Positions 27,954-38,192 of a stretch of DNA of 64,000 nucleotides are shown here, one piece after another (position 1 is the first letter of the stretch; each line of letters starts with the position of its first letter). The notes under the pieces are model-generated. The model saw nothing but the letters and a program-made list of their open reading frames with translations, ran no database searches and was not told where the DNA came from. The stretch comes from Pseudanabaenales cyanobacterium (GTDB lineage Bacteria; Cyanobacteriota; Cyanobacteriia; Pseudanabaenales; Pseudanabaenaceae), in assembly GCA_038215315.1 (NCBI GenBank), contig JBBQRB010000001.1, forward strand, positions 3,999 to 67,998, written 5' to 3'. The position numbers were made by a program, and so were the translations under genes.

Positions 27954-30900
27954 TCTGCAAACTTCTTGACGATCTGAGCTTGGGCTATTTTGCAGATAAT
28001 CCTTAAGCAAGCTACATCCCCTTGCTACCAATTGATCAAATGGCAAGGTTTCGGCTTTCCATAACTTGAGTGTCGAATCTCGGCTTGCTGATACTACATA
28101 CTCGCCATCAGGGCTATAGCTGAGGGCGTGGACTTCGGCAGTATGTCCTGACAAAGTTTTGAGCAGTTCTCCAGAAGCGATATCAAAAATTTGGATGGTT
28201 TTGATAGCATTGCCAATTGCAACATTGCGATCGTCAGGACTAAAGCTCAATCCGTAGATCCAAGCTTTTGTATTATTAACAATAATTTCCCGCTCTAGTA
28301 ATCCTGACTGGGCATTCCACAATTTAAACTTGCCATCTTTACCCGCAGAGCCAATATATTTGCCATTGCGGCTGTAGGCGATCGCCAGTCCACCAGTATT
28401 TAAATGGGCATCAACTATAGTATGCACAGCCTTACCACTAGCCACATCCCAAACCCTCACTGCTTGATCGTTACCTGTTGCTGCTAAAGACTTACTATCA
28501 GGGCTAAAAGCGATCGACCACACACTTTTAGACTGATCGAATGTATGCATCAATTGTGGGTTGTCGGTATTGTCCCATTTCCACAATTTAATTTTTAGGT
28601 CTTCTCCAAGGGTGGCTAAAACTTTTTGATCAGGACTAAGAGTGGCATAGATTAATGGAGCGTCATGTACTTTCAATAGATGTAGCTGATCGCCTGTGTT
28701 GCTATCCCAAACTCGGACGGTTTTATCGCTACTGGCTGAGATCAGCTTTTGACCATCACTGCTAAAACTGACCCCATAAACGATGTCACTATGTCCTTGA
28801 ATTTCTTGCTTCAAAGTTCCATCTCGGTTCCAGATGCGGATATTTTTGTCTACGCTACTAGAGGCAAACGTCTTGCCATTGGGGTTAAAGCTGACTGACC
28901 AAATCGTACTTTTATGACCATACATGGTATCTATCAGCGTGTTTTGGAAATACCACAGACGGGCATTACGATCCTTGCCAGTCGATAGAAGGTATTGATT
29001 GTCAGGACTAAAATCCATATCAAGGACACTATCTTGATGCTTACCGAGTTGCATATCGATCTCCCCATTCAGATTAAAGATTTGAATCGAGTTGTCCTGA
29101 GCGCCAAGGGCAATCTTGCGTCCATCTCTGCTAAACGCCAAGCTCAAAATATTACTAGGGTTGCCATTCAAGCTCTTAATCAAGAAAAAAGGATCATTAG
29201 GTGAATTGCTGGAAAGAACTTTTGGAGTTAAGGATGAAGAGACAGATGCAAGTACTTGATCGGATATTTGCCAAATTTTGACGCTTTTATCATCACTAGA
29301 AGAGGCAAATTTATCACCATCAGGATGAAACTTGACACTACGAATTTCTCCGTCATGGACAATTTTATTGGCGAGTAAGTTACCTTGCAAGTCCCACAAA
29401 GAGATAGCCCTATTCTTTGCGGCAATGATCATATTTCCATCAGGACTGAAACCTGCATTGCGGATTACTTCGCTTTGTTTTTGAGCGTAGGTAACATTAG
29501 ATTGGTTAAGGGGTTGATTAGGGCTTTGGAGATTTGCCTGAATTGGGGGATTGATCGTTAGTAAATTGAGTGCGCGATCGCAATCCCAGATCTTGATCAA
29601 GCCATCATTGCCGCCAGTTAACAGTCTCTTACCATCAGGATGAAAATCGACTTTAAATACAGCTTCTTTGTGAGCGTTAAATTCAACGATTACCTTCTTA
29701 CTAGCCACATCCCAAATTCGTACAACACTACTAGCACCCGAAGCTGCTAGTTTTTTACCGTCAGGACTAAAGCTTAAACTTCTGATTTCCCTTGTATTTG
29801 ATTTAAACAATTGTGCGATCAATTTACCATTATTCTCAAACAAATAGATAGAACCATCAAAACCAGCAACAGCAATTATTTTCCCATCTGGACTAAATTT
29901 AGATACATAAAATGGAGAATCTGCTTTTGAAGAAACAAATCGATAGCGTTCTCTGATATTAAAAACAATTGTTTGCAGGGCTTCAAAAGTATTCTTCTTT
30001 GCTTTTTCTTTCTCCAGCCCTGAGTCGGTGTTATTTAGTTTTTGAGCAGATTTTAAAATTAAAGATAGAGCATCTCGCTGTTCATTGAGCAAAAATTTGG
30101 AAGTTGCGGAGGAAACCAAAGCTTCTATTTCACCGATTGCGGCTATTTGGCGCTGACGATTTGCCTGAAAAGCTAATCCAGAGACAACTAGTAGTCCCAT
30201 AATTGTTCCAAATAAAGCGAACTTAGTCAATAGATTTAATCGCGCTTGGCTACGCTGTGCCGAAGACCGAATTTTAGTAAGTTCATCACGCAGTCCAATT
30301 TCCTTCTGGGAACGAATAAATGGGACAAGATAATCATGTACTAGTTGATAGCGATTGTTAGGAGTTTCTAGAAATTTAAAAACTAGCCCTGAATCAACTA
30401 AAATTCTTAAAGTCGCATTAAAATCGTCTAGGTTACTGGAATAAGCTAGAACCCCTGTCCTCAGCTCATTATATGTACGCAATGGACGCTTATTTTGATC
30501 ATCAGTCAATAAGATTAGTAACTGTTGCGCGATCGCATCCAATTTCCCACAAGCTTTGATGGCCTCTCTGACAGAACGCTCCACCAAGTTTTGCTTTGCT
30601 CCAAATGCTTGGTAGTCAGCGAGGGTCGTAATGTTTAAATCTTGAAGTTGCGCCCCAACTAATTGCAGTTCAATAGGGCGGATAGAACCGCGATCGCCCG
30701 CCAAGTCATTAACGAGTTCATCAATTAAGTCTGATTCAATCGGGAAGCTCGCTTGTTCGGTTAAGTTTCTAATTAGAGACTTGGTATCGTCTATCGAGAG
30801 ATTCCCAATTGAGTAGCGAAAATCTCGACTAAGGATATCAATCTCTCCATGGCTAGAGTCAAGTTCTAGCAATAGGTGTAGATAGTCTTCTCGAATAGAA

Positions 30901-33023
30901 ACAACTAATTTAAGATTAGCAATTTGCAGACATCCTTGCCAAAAGTTAATAAACACCTGTCTCTCTTGAGGCTGGATATGCGTAAAAAAGAACTCTTCAA
31001 ATTGATCGAAAATAAGGACAATCTGAATGCCAAGATTTGAGACTTTCCTGAGTTTGTGTAGAAGGTTTGTCGCCTTTTGCCGATCATTGCGAAGCTGTTC
31101 TTGGTCTTCATCAACCCCACTTGAAATGATCTCTCTAACCATTGGATCATTTTTAACTTCATAACCAGCTTGCAGTCCCACGGAAATGACATTGACCCAA
31201 CTTGGATAAATATGGACTTTGATTGGCAGTAATTCTTGTCCTATTAGAGATCTTTGCAGCAGCGCAGGAATCAATCCTGCATTCACAAGAGAACTCTTGC
31301 CAACTCCTGACTCACCATGAATTACGGTCAGTCGATGCTCTCCTGAGAGAATTCTTTCCATGATGTTTTCGACATCTTGGACACGTCCTGAAGCAGCAAT
31401 TTCCCCAGCATTAATATCAAATTTACTAGCGTCAAGATCGGTGATATTAGCGCTAGAGTGAGACTGCTTTGGTTGCAATACACCCGCACCTATAAAGGCA
31501 ATTAGTCCATATTGCTGCTCTAAAGATCGCTGATTTTGTCTAGCTTCAAAAGCCTGTAGGTAGCGTCCTTGAGCAAAGGCAATGTCATGGAATGTGTCTA
31601 AGAGTCGAGCAAATAGCTGCGGTTCAGAGCTAGAGTTAAAATTAGCGATCGCTAACTCGATCAATTCTGAGGCTAGAGTTAGCTCTTGAAGATGAAAATA
31701 ACTCTGCGCGAGTAATAGTTGGCATTGTGCTAGCTGAACATGACGCAGACGTGACCAACTGTTTGCCAACTGCTCATTATCAAATATTGGAATTAGTTCT
31801 AGAGCAGAAATGGCTTCCTCTACGTAGCTCTTAACCTGCGACCACTCTCTCTTATCTACTGCTATTTTGGCTAGATACCCATAGTCTTGGGCAAGATCAA
31901 GAGAGTTTTGTTGATGCAGAGGAATTAGATATTCTGTAAATTCTTGGAGTTCATGCCATTCCTTGAGTTGTTCTAAAACGCCACAGTAGGAACGGCTGTA
32001 TTTAGCTACTAGATCCAAACGTTCTGCACTTTTAAAGGACGCGATCGCCTCTTGAAAGAAATGTTTTGCCTTAAGCCAAGAATCATGGGTCGAACGTCCC
32101 TTCACAAAAGAGTTGTGCCACCACAAACTACCTATATAGAAGAAAACAATCCCAGTTTCTACATGACGTTCGGCGTTTTGCCAGTAGATTAAACTGCATT
32201 GATAGAAGATTTGCGATATGCTATGCACCTCTCCTTGCGATTCATCATAGACATCCCCTGCCTCTGCATTAGGCGATCGCCACAATAGCATTCCTAAGAC
32301 AAAATCTAATTTTGCATCCAAATCTGGATCAATTTGATAGAGCCCTGAATAACGATATTGTTGATTATCATAGTAAGCAATTTGCATCTCACGTCGAGCT
32401 AGCTCTATTTCTCTATGAGACATAGACTGCGGATCATTATCAATTTTGAAGTCTTGCCAAAATAGAGATATATGCGGATCTTTAGCCATCGTAAACAGAT
32501 GTTCTACTTGCTCAGAAATTTCGCGATTTAGATCTACTAGAGGCAACTCAAATTTAATTGGTGGCGCTGCTAGGTTGGTTAGTTCAGGAGCAAAATTCCA
32601 AAACTTATGCAAAGCATGGTCATCGAGCCAAAGTACTAATGGACAGGATATTTCTTTTTTGAGGCGATCGCGCTGTAGGTTAGCACCGACAAACAGATTC
32701 TCCAAATGTTCTCCTGTGAGCTGTTCTAGTCCAAGGCACATCAAAGCAGAGGTATCTTCTAGGGATTGAGAACGGGTTAGTATTTTGAGCTTTGTATAAA
32801 GAGGTTCTGATGCTTCAGACCACCAAATTTCTTGAAACGGCGAATCTACCATTGAGGATAGAGTGCCTAATATTCTTTGACGAACTAAACGATAGTTACA
32901 GTGAACAATAATTAGAGCAAAAGAACCGCGAAATAAATTGATTGCTCTAACTAAATTACTTAGCGATCGCTCGTTGAGGATCTGTTGTTCTTGCAAAGGT
33001 TTAAGCTGTTCGACTTGAATCAC
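27951..33023 (-). CDS. STAND (nSTAND1-type) NTPase with TPR-like region, TM segment and about 14 WD40 repeats
   Basis: HGESGVGKSSLVNAGLIP Walker A; LIFDQFEEFF Walker B; YQLVHDYLV; WD40 repeats; start 33101 lies inside a repeat, so GTG 33023 is preferred. Confidence 0.88.
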   Translation of the reverse strand: MIQVEQLKPLQEQQILNERSLSNLVRAINLFRGSFALIIVHCNYRLVRQRILGTLSSMVDSPFQEIWWSEASEPLYTKLKILTRSQSLEDTSALMCLGLEQLTGEHLENLFVGANLQRDRLKKEISCPLVLWLDDHALHKFWNFAPELTNLAAPPIKFELPLVDLNREISEQVEHLFTMAKDPHISLFWQDFKIDNDPQSMSHREIELARREMQIAYYDNQQYRYSGLYQIDPDLDAKLDFVLGMLLWRSPNAEAGDVYDESQGEVHSISQIFYQCSLIYWQNAERHVETGIVFFYIGSLWWHNSFVKGRSTHDSWLKAKHFFQEAIASFKSAERLDLVAKYSRSYCGVLEQLKEWHELQEFTEYLIPLHQQNSLDLAQDYGYLAKIAVDKREWSQVKSYVEEAISALELIPIFDNEQLANSWSRLRHVQLAQCQLLLAQSYFHLQELTLASELIELAIANFNSSSEPQLFARLLDTFHDIAFAQGRYLQAFEARQNQRSLEQQYGLIAFIGAGVLQPKQSHSSANITDLDASKFDINAGEIAASGRVQDVENIMERILSGEHRLTVIHGESGVGKSSLVNAGLIPALLQRSLIGQELLPIKVHIYPSWVNVISVGLQAGYEVKNDPMVREIISSGVDEDQEQLRNDRQKATNLLHKLRKVSNLGIQIVLIFDQFEEFFFTHIQPQERQVFINFWQGCLQIANLKLVVSIREDYLHLLLELDSSHGEIDILSRDFRYSIGNLSIDDTKSLIRNLTEQASFPIESDLIDELVNDLAGDRGSIRPIELQLVGAQLQDLNITTLADYQAFGAKQNLVERSVREAIKACGKLDAIAQQLLILLTDDQNKRPLRTYNELRTGVLAYSSNLDDFNATLRILVDSGLVFKFLETPNNRYQLVHDYLVPFIRSQKEIGLRDELTKIRSSAQRSQARLNLLTKFALFGTIMGLLVVSGLAFQANRQRQIAAIGEIEALVSSATSKFLLNEQRDALSLILKSAQKLNNTDSGLEKEKAKKNTFEALQTIVFNIRERYRFVSSKADSPFYVSKFSPDGKIIAVAGFDGSIYLFENNGKLIAQLFKSNTREIRSLSFSPDGKKLAASGASSVVRIWDVASKKVIVEFNAHKEAVFKVDFHPDGKRLLTGGNDGLIKIWDCDRALNLLTINPPIQANLQSPNQPLNQSNVTYAQKQSEVIRNAGFSPDGNMIIAAKNRAISLWDLQGNLLANKIVHDGEIRSVKFHPDGDKFASSSDDKSVKIWQISDQVLASVSSSLTPKVLSSNSPNDPFFLIKSLNGNPSNILSLAFSRDGRKIALGAQDNSIQIFNLNGEIDMQLGKHQDSVLDMDFSPDNQYLLSTGKDRNARLWYFQNTLIDTMYGHKSTIWSVSFNPNGKTFASSSVDKNIRIWNRDGTLKQEIQGHSDIVYGVSFSSDGQKLISASSDKTVRVWDSNTGDQLHLLKVHDAPLIYATLSPDQKVLATLGEDLKIKLWKWDNTDNPQLMHTFDQSKSVWSIAFSPDSKSLAATGNDQAVRVWDVASGKAVHTIVDAHLNTGGLAIAYSRNGKYIGSAGKDGKFKLWNAQSGLLEREIIVNNTKAWIYGLSFSPDDRNVAIGNAIKTIQIFDIASGELLKTLSGHTAEVHALSYSPDGEYVVSASRDSTLKLWKAETLPFDQLVARGCSLLKDYLQNSPSSDRQEVCR

Positions 33024-33058
33024 TGAAGTACTTACCGCTAGATCGCTTTTATTGTATT

Positions 33059-33213
33059 TACTCACCTTCCGCAGAGCGAAGATAGTCCCCTCATCCCCCA
33101 ACCCCTTCTCCCACGAGGGGAGGAGGGGAGCAAGATTAGTTTTCTGGTTCCCCTCTCCCTTAATGGGAGGGCTAGGGATGAGGGTCTTAGGAAATTCTGC
33201 GTAAGGTGAGTTA
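33059..33213. mobile_element. MITE with TACTCACCTT TIRs and internal CCCTCATCCCC…CTCCC REP-like hairpins
   Basis: TACTCACCTTCCGCAGA…TCTGCGTAAGGTGAGT; inner CCCTCATCCC…GGGATGAGGG. Confidence 0.75.
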
Positions 33214-33273
33214 TTTAGACATATTAATACATTCAGCGCTTTATGATTGGAACTACTTGTGATATTTCACCAA

Positions 33274-33461
33274 CACAGCACTTTGCGATTTCTTAAAACC
33301 CAAGAAAATCTTGAAAAGGCTGGCTTCGCCAGCCTTTTCAAGATTTTCTTGGGCTATACAAGACCTCAACAGGCTACATAGCTTTCGCAGCCTAAAGATC
33401 TGTGGTGCACGCGCAACGTGCGCCACAGCTCTTTAGGCTTTTGGGTTTGCCTATCTACTTA
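33274..33461. mobile_element. Tandem family-C and family-A MITEs
   Basis: CCCAAGAAAATCTTGAAAAGGCTGGC-TTC-GCCAGCCTTTTCAAGATTTTCTTGGG; CTGTGGTGCACGCGCAACGTGCGCCACAG…CTATCTACTTA. Confidence 0.8.
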
Positions 33462-33462
33462 T

Positions 33463-34455
33463 TCAAATAAAAACTGTTTGATTGCTAGATGCTGACTTTT
33501 CTGCCGCATTAGCAACTGTCAGTGAATGCAACACACTTTCATTGTTGTTATAAAGTAATGTCCCTTCAAATAAATGAGACATCACATTCTCGGTGTCTTT
33601 TTTGAATAGTCCCCGAGTTAAACCTGCATCTAGCTCTAGCTCAACATTCGCAGAAGCCAATTTTCCTTTGTCTCCATTAAAAAGAATTGCTCCCTGACTA
33701 CCCTGTACTTCCATTAGCCGCTCAGGAATCCAGAAGCTCTCACCTTTACTGTAGCTAACATCAGCAAGGACTCCATTCTCAAATTGTAATTGAGCATTGC
33801 AGACACAGGACGTAAAGTGATGCGGTAAGCGATCGCCCCTATAGCTCAACTGACAGGACACAGCTTTGACCTTACCAAAGAGGGCAATGATTCGATTTAG
33901 GCGGGACACTGCGGCTGTGAGAGGAAATCCAAATAAGTCAGGATTATATGTCCATTTATCGGGAACTGGTCGCTGAGGACTTTTGGTAGAATACCTTGCA
34001 TAAAACGGCACGCCTACTTTAGATATATGCTCTCTCACCAGTTGATGTACACCACCCAAAAGCTCGATATGCTCCACATGGAGCATCAGTTTTTGCTTGT
34101 TAGCGAGTTCTATGAGTTGTTGTGCTTCAGTCAAACTAAAGGATAAAGGATATTCGACAATTACGTGCTTCCCCGATCGCAGGGCTTGCCCAACTACGGC
34201 GGCATGATCGCGATTGACATTACATACCACTACTAAGTCGATGTCATCACGCACAACTAGTTCTGACCAATATTGATACACATTCAGAATATTAAACTCC
34301 TGAGCGATCGCCTGTGCTTTTTCAAGAGTGCCAGCGATCGCTTTAATCTCAATCCTTGCATCTTGGCTGAAGATCTCTGCGCGGAGTCTAGCCACAAAGC
34401 CAGAGCCAACGATTCCCACTCGCAAAGGTTGATCAAAAGTGGCGTATCCAGTCAT
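33463..34455 (-). CDS. bvdR: Biliverdin reductase (Gfo/Idh/MocA family)
   Basis: VGIVGSG; GKHVIVEYP; HVEHIELLGGVH signature. Confidence 0.85.
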   Translation of the reverse strand: MTGYATFDQPLRVGIVGSGFVARLRAEIFSQDARIEIKAIAGTLEKAQAIAQEFNILNVYQYWSELVVRDDIDLVVVCNVNRDHAAVVGQALRSGKHVIVEYPLSFSLTEAQQLIELANKQKLMLHVEHIELLGGVHQLVREHISKVGVPFYARYSTKSPQRPVPDKWTYNPDLFGFPLTAAVSRLNRIIALFGKVKAVSCQLSYRGDRLPHHFTSCVCNAQLQFENGVLADVSYSKGESFWIPERLMEVQGSQGAILFNGDKGKLASANVELELDAGLTRGLFKKDTENVMSHLFEGTLLYNNNESVLHSLTVANAAEKSASSNQTVFI

Positions 34456-34563
34456 AGTTTGGAAATTCTCTCAAATAAGTAATCGCTATACCGCGCTTTG
34501 CGCTTTCTTCAAGCCTCAATAGGCTTTATGGGTTTAGCTTTTGTGAATTAGTTTTACAGGATT

Positions 34564-35472
34564 TTAGCGAGTTGTAAAGGTTGTGCCATCCTTGGCGATC
34601 GCTAAGCATTTAGTCACAGAGCCAATCCCCAAAGATTGCCATGCTTGCTGCATTGCCTGTGCAACACTATTAATCTTATCGGTAGAAGCCAAAGATAGCA
34701 GAGTTGGTCCCGCACCGCTAATCACCAATCCATAGGCTCCCGATGCGATCGCCGCCGCTTGCACATTTTCTAGCCCTACGATCAAACTTTGCCGATAGGG
34801 TTGATGCAGTCGATCTTGCAACCCTGCCTTGAGCCAGCTAGTTTTTCCTGACTGGATGCCGTGACTCAACAAAGCTAAGTGTGAAGCATTAAAAATGGCA
34901 TCTGCCATCGATACTTGCTTGGGCAAAACTTGACGCGCCTTTGCTGTAGACAGTTCAAATTCAGGAATAGCCACCGCGATCGCAATATCATCATGCCATT
35001 GCAGATCACAAAACTCCCAGCCACCATCTTGATTAGTAGCCATCAGTTGACAACCACCTAACATCGCAGGAGCCACATTGTCAGGATGTCCTTCCATCGC
35101 GATCGCTAGATCTAGCAACTGCATCCGATCTAAGGGCGAACCCGCTAATAAATTTGCGCCAAATATACCGCCGACAATAGCTGTCGCCGAGCTACCTAGT
35201 CCCCGTGATAGCGGAATCGCCGTATCAGTATGTAAGGCGATCGGCGGAATCGGGCGATCAATATAGTTGTAAAGCTTAGCTATGCCCTGATAGACCAGAT
35301 TTGTCTCATCGCGCTCTACTTGACCTGCGCCTTTCCCTGTTGCCGTAATCGTCAAACGCTCGGCGATCGCAAACTCAAAGCGATTATACAAAGATAAAGC
35401 TGCACCAAGGCAGTCAAAACCAGGTCCTAAATTTCCTGTAGTTGCGGGAACAGAGACATCAAAAATGGTCAT
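34564..35472 (-). CDS. thrB: Homoserine kinase
   Basis: VPATTGNLGPGFDCLG; PLSRGLGSSA; EGHPDN; ISGAGPT. Confidence 0.97.
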   Translation of the reverse strand: MTIFDVSVPATTGNLGPGFDCLGAALSLYNRFEFAIAERLTITATGKGAGQVERDETNLVYQGIAKLYNYIDRPIPPIALHTDTAIPLSRGLGSSATAIVGGIFGANLLAGSPLDRMQLLDLAIAMEGHPDNVAPAMLGGCQLMATNQDGGWEFCDLQWHDDIAIAVAIPEFELSTAKARQVLPKQVSMADAIFNASHLALLSHGIQSGKTSWLKAGLQDRLHQPYRQSLIVGLENVQAAAIASGAYGLVISGAGPTLLSLASTDKINSVAQAMQQAWQSLGIGSVTKCLAIAKDGTTFTTR

Positions 35473-35506
35473 ACTAAAAATCTAAAATAAACTGAATCTT
35501 TCAAAT

Positions 35507-35565
35507 AACCAATTTCAGGTTTCGCAGCGCCTTTGGCGCTGCGAAACCTGAAATTGGTTTCATAA
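35507..35565. repeat. Family-E palindrome
   Basis: AACCAATTTCAGGTTTCGCAGCGCC-TTT-GGCGCTGCGAAACCTGAAATTGGTTTCATAA. Confidence 0.85.
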
Positions 35566-35599
35566 TACTAATTCACAAAAGTGTTGGCACGCTATATGT

Positions 35600-35704
35600 T
35601 CAGTAGATAGGCATAATAAAAACCAATACCCAAAAAGCTGTGGCACACGCTGCGCGTGTGCCACCGCTGTTTGGGGGTTAAGGTTTCTTTTTCCTACCTA
35701 CTTA
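35600..35704. mobile_element. Family-A MITE
   Basis: TCAGTAGATAGGCATAAT…GCTGTGGCACACGCTGCGCGTGTGCCAC…CCTACCTACTTA. Confidence 0.8.
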
Positions 35705-35908
35705 GTAGCCAAAAACTGAACTTTAACTGGCTTATCCATACAAAACATATAATCTTAATGTTCATACTTACTTGAACAATGGGTAAGCTTGTGCTAATTT
35801 GCAAGCCTCAAACTATAATGTTTCATAAGAAGTTTTTCTAAGGAATTCTTTAGTATTTTGGTATTGTAAATGTAACCGAGATTTGATGTGCAGCACAGAG
35901 GATAGATA

Positions 35909-36997
35909 GTGATATATCCAAGAACTTTTCGTATAGATCGTGGTATTGGTCAGTACGATTTTAATGACTATTACGCTGTGCTAGGGTTGCCGCTTACAGC
36001 CGAGACTTCAGTTGTGAGAAAAAGATACCTTATGATTGCTAAATGTTTACACCCAGACGTACATGGCAGATCCTCTGAGGAAAAGGAGGTTGCCACTTTA
36101 TATCTATCTAAGCTAGTTAACCCAGCCTATGATGTGATGTCTCAGGAGAGAGAACGTACTGAGTATTCGGCAATTCTGAAGCTGTTGGGCAAACGATTAA
36201 TGAAGCGCAATCAGAAATTTTTACCGCATTCAGACTTGGCGAAGCAATATCTACACACATCAGAAGACATAAACTATGAGCAAACTGTTAAAGATGTAGC
36301 CAAGGTTCAGTATCACGACCTAAATCAAGCTTTAGAAAATATCTGTTTATTGAGTGAACTAAATTTAGTTCATATCCTTCTACAAGAGGGATATCGACCT
36401 CAACCTCAACAAATTACCAGAACTTCAGATGAGACGGTGATTCAAGTAAGCACAAACGCAACAGCTTACCGTGCCAATGCCTCTAGCACCACTAAACCTA
36501 ATACTCCACAGGGCAATAATAAGGTGGGAGATAGCAGCAAGGTTGACTCGACTAGTACTAGAGGTAGTTATCAAATGCGAAGCGAGTCGCAAATTCCGAA
36601 TGTTAATAAATCTAGCGGTAAGAGTCAAAGTACAAATCAATCCGCCACCAATAGCTCTGCTAGTGCTTCAATAGACAAATATATTCAGCAAGCTGAAAGC
36701 TATATCAGCCAGCAGCTATGGGCTTCTGCACTAAAAGAACTGCGCGTTGCGATCCAAATTGATTGCAATCACAGTAAATGTCATGCCTTATTAGGCTATG
36801 TGTACCTAAATCAAAAATTAACTGGCATGGCAAAAGTTAGTTTTCAGCAAGCACTGAAGCTTAACCCAGAAGAACCCTTAGCTCTAAAGTACTTCAGCCA
36901 AGTTAGTGGCACTTCGCCGATTAAAGACTCACAAACCAAGACCAAAGACGACAAAGATAAAAAAGGTGGCTTTTTTGGCTGGCTCGGTGGCGGTTAA
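35909..36997 (+). CDS. J-domain (DnaJ class C) protein with C-terminal TPR
   Basis: DYYAVLGLP…LHPD…NPAYDV; TPR; GGFFGWLGGG tail. Confidence 0.85.
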   Translation: MIYPRTFRIDRGIGQYDFNDYYAVLGLPLTAETSVVRKRYLMIAKCLHPDVHGRSSEEKEVATLYLSKLVNPAYDVMSQERERTEYSAILKLLGKRLMKRNQKFLPHSDLAKQYLHTSEDINYEQTVKDVAKVQYHDLNQALENICLLSELNLVHILLQEGYRPQPQQITRTSDETVIQVSTNATAYRANASSTTKPNTPQGNNKVGDSSKVDSTSTRGSYQMRSESQIPNVNKSSGKSQSTNQSATNSSASASIDKYIQQAESYISQQLWASALKELRVAIQIDCNHSKCHALLGYVYLNQKLTGMAKVSFQQALKLNPEEPLALKYFSQVSGTSPIKDSQTKTKDDKDKKGGFFGWLGGG

Positions 36998-37005
36998 CTG
37001 TTGCA

Positions 37006-37959
37006 ATGTCTATATCGAAACAAGAGATTAAACAGGCGATCGCTAAAAAAGCGATCACATTGGGCTTCAGTAAAATTGGGATCGCCAAAGCCGAATCTGG
37101 CATAGAAGCGGCGCGTCTGCAATCTTGGCTAGATCTAGGATATCAAGCCGATATGGACTGGATGACTAACCCCAAACGGCAGGATATTACCCAAGTGATG
37201 ACTGGAGTTAAGTCGATAATTTGTGTAGCGTTAAATTATTACACGCCGCACCAACATTCAAGTGATCCTCAAACTGGCAAAATCTCTCGCTATGGATGGG
37301 GGCGCGACTATCACAAGGTTTTGAGTAAAAAGCTGAAAGCTCTCTCCAACTGGTTAATTGAATTTGGCAATCAAAATGGTGAGGAGATTCAAGCTCGATA
37401 CTATGTAGACACTGGGCCGATCGCCGAGAAAGCCTTTGCCCAAAGGGCAGGAATTGGCTGGATCGGTAAACATAGCAATGTAATTAGTCGCGAATATGGG
37501 TCTTGGTTGTTTTTAGGCGAAGTCTTAACCAATCTAGATCTCGAACCCGACCAACCGCATACAGACCATTGTGGTACTTGTACCCGTTGTATTGAAGCCT
37601 GCCCAACTGGGGCGATCGCTAGTCCCTATGTAGTTGATGCAAATCGCTGCATTGCCTTTCACACGATCGAAAATAAAGCCGAACAAATTCCTGATGCGAT
37701 CGCTACTAATCTCCAAAACTGGGTCGCAGGTTGCGATATTTGCCAAGATGTCTGCCCTTGGAATCAGCGATTTGCTCAAGAGACTCCAGAGTCAGATTTC
37801 CAACCCTTTGCCCAAAATCTCGATCCACAGTTGAGCGCCCTAGCTAATATGTCTGACGAAGAATGGGATCAAAGGTTTATTGGCTCGGCATTAAGAAGAA
37901 TTAAGCGCGATCGCTGGCGACGTAATGCCAAAACCATAATTTCTAAGCAGGCTAAGTAG
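37006..37959 (+). CDS. queG: Epoxyqueuosine reductase
   Basis: SRYGWGRDYH; VDTGP; CGTCTRCIEACPT; GCDICQDVCPWN. Confidence 0.96.
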   Translation: MSISKQEIKQAIAKKAITLGFSKIGIAKAESGIEAARLQSWLDLGYQADMDWMTNPKRQDITQVMTGVKSIICVALNYYTPHQHSSDPQTGKISRYGWGRDYHKVLSKKLKALSNWLIEFGNQNGEEIQARYYVDTGPIAEKAFAQRAGIGWIGKHSNVISREYGSWLFLGEVLTNLDLEPDQPHTDHCGTCTRCIEACPTGAIASPYVVDANRCIAFHTIENKAEQIPDAIATNLQNWVAGCDICQDVCPWNQRFAQETPESDFQPFAQNLDPQLSALANMSDEEWDQRFIGSALRRIKRDRWRRNAKTIISKQAK

Positions 37960-38049
37960 GTATAATCAAAACCCAAAAAGCTGTAGCGCACGCTGAGCGT
38001 GCGCTACAGCCTTTTGGGTTTTAAGGTTTCTTATGCCTAGCCACTCATA
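37953..38049. mobile_element. Family-A MITE supplying the last codon and stop of queG
   Basis: GC-TAAGTAGGTATAATC…GCTGTAGCGCACGCTGAGCGTGCGCTACAGC…. Confidence 0.8.
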
Positions 38050-38069
38050 AATGTTAGGATTCACAAAGA

Positions 38070-38174
38070 TATAGCGCTTTGCGCCTTCTTGAAAACCAAA
38101 CAAATTTTCTAAAAGGCTGGCTTCGCCAGCCTTTTAGGAAATTTGTTAAATTAAACAAAGCCTCAATAGGCTGT
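38070..38174. mobile_element. Family-C MITE
   Basis: TATAGCGCTTTGCGC…CTAAAAGGCTGGC-TTC-GCCAGCCTTTTAG…CCTCAATAGGCTGTA. Confidence 0.8.
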
Positions 38175-38192
38175 AATGTGGGCAAAGTAATT

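Noticed and set aside
35705-35908. Possible tRNA or ncRNA in the longer AT-rich intergenic regions (also 6570-6720 and 61160-61470)
   Set aside because: No cloverleaf, T-loop motif or recognisable RNA family was visible by eye; these are probably promoter regions.
38079-38192. N-terminal extensions from the ORF track (larC 38079, plsY 17455, 17143, 33101, 42503, 53146, 57261)
   Set aside because: They begin in repeats or UTRs; family homology starts at downstream codons.
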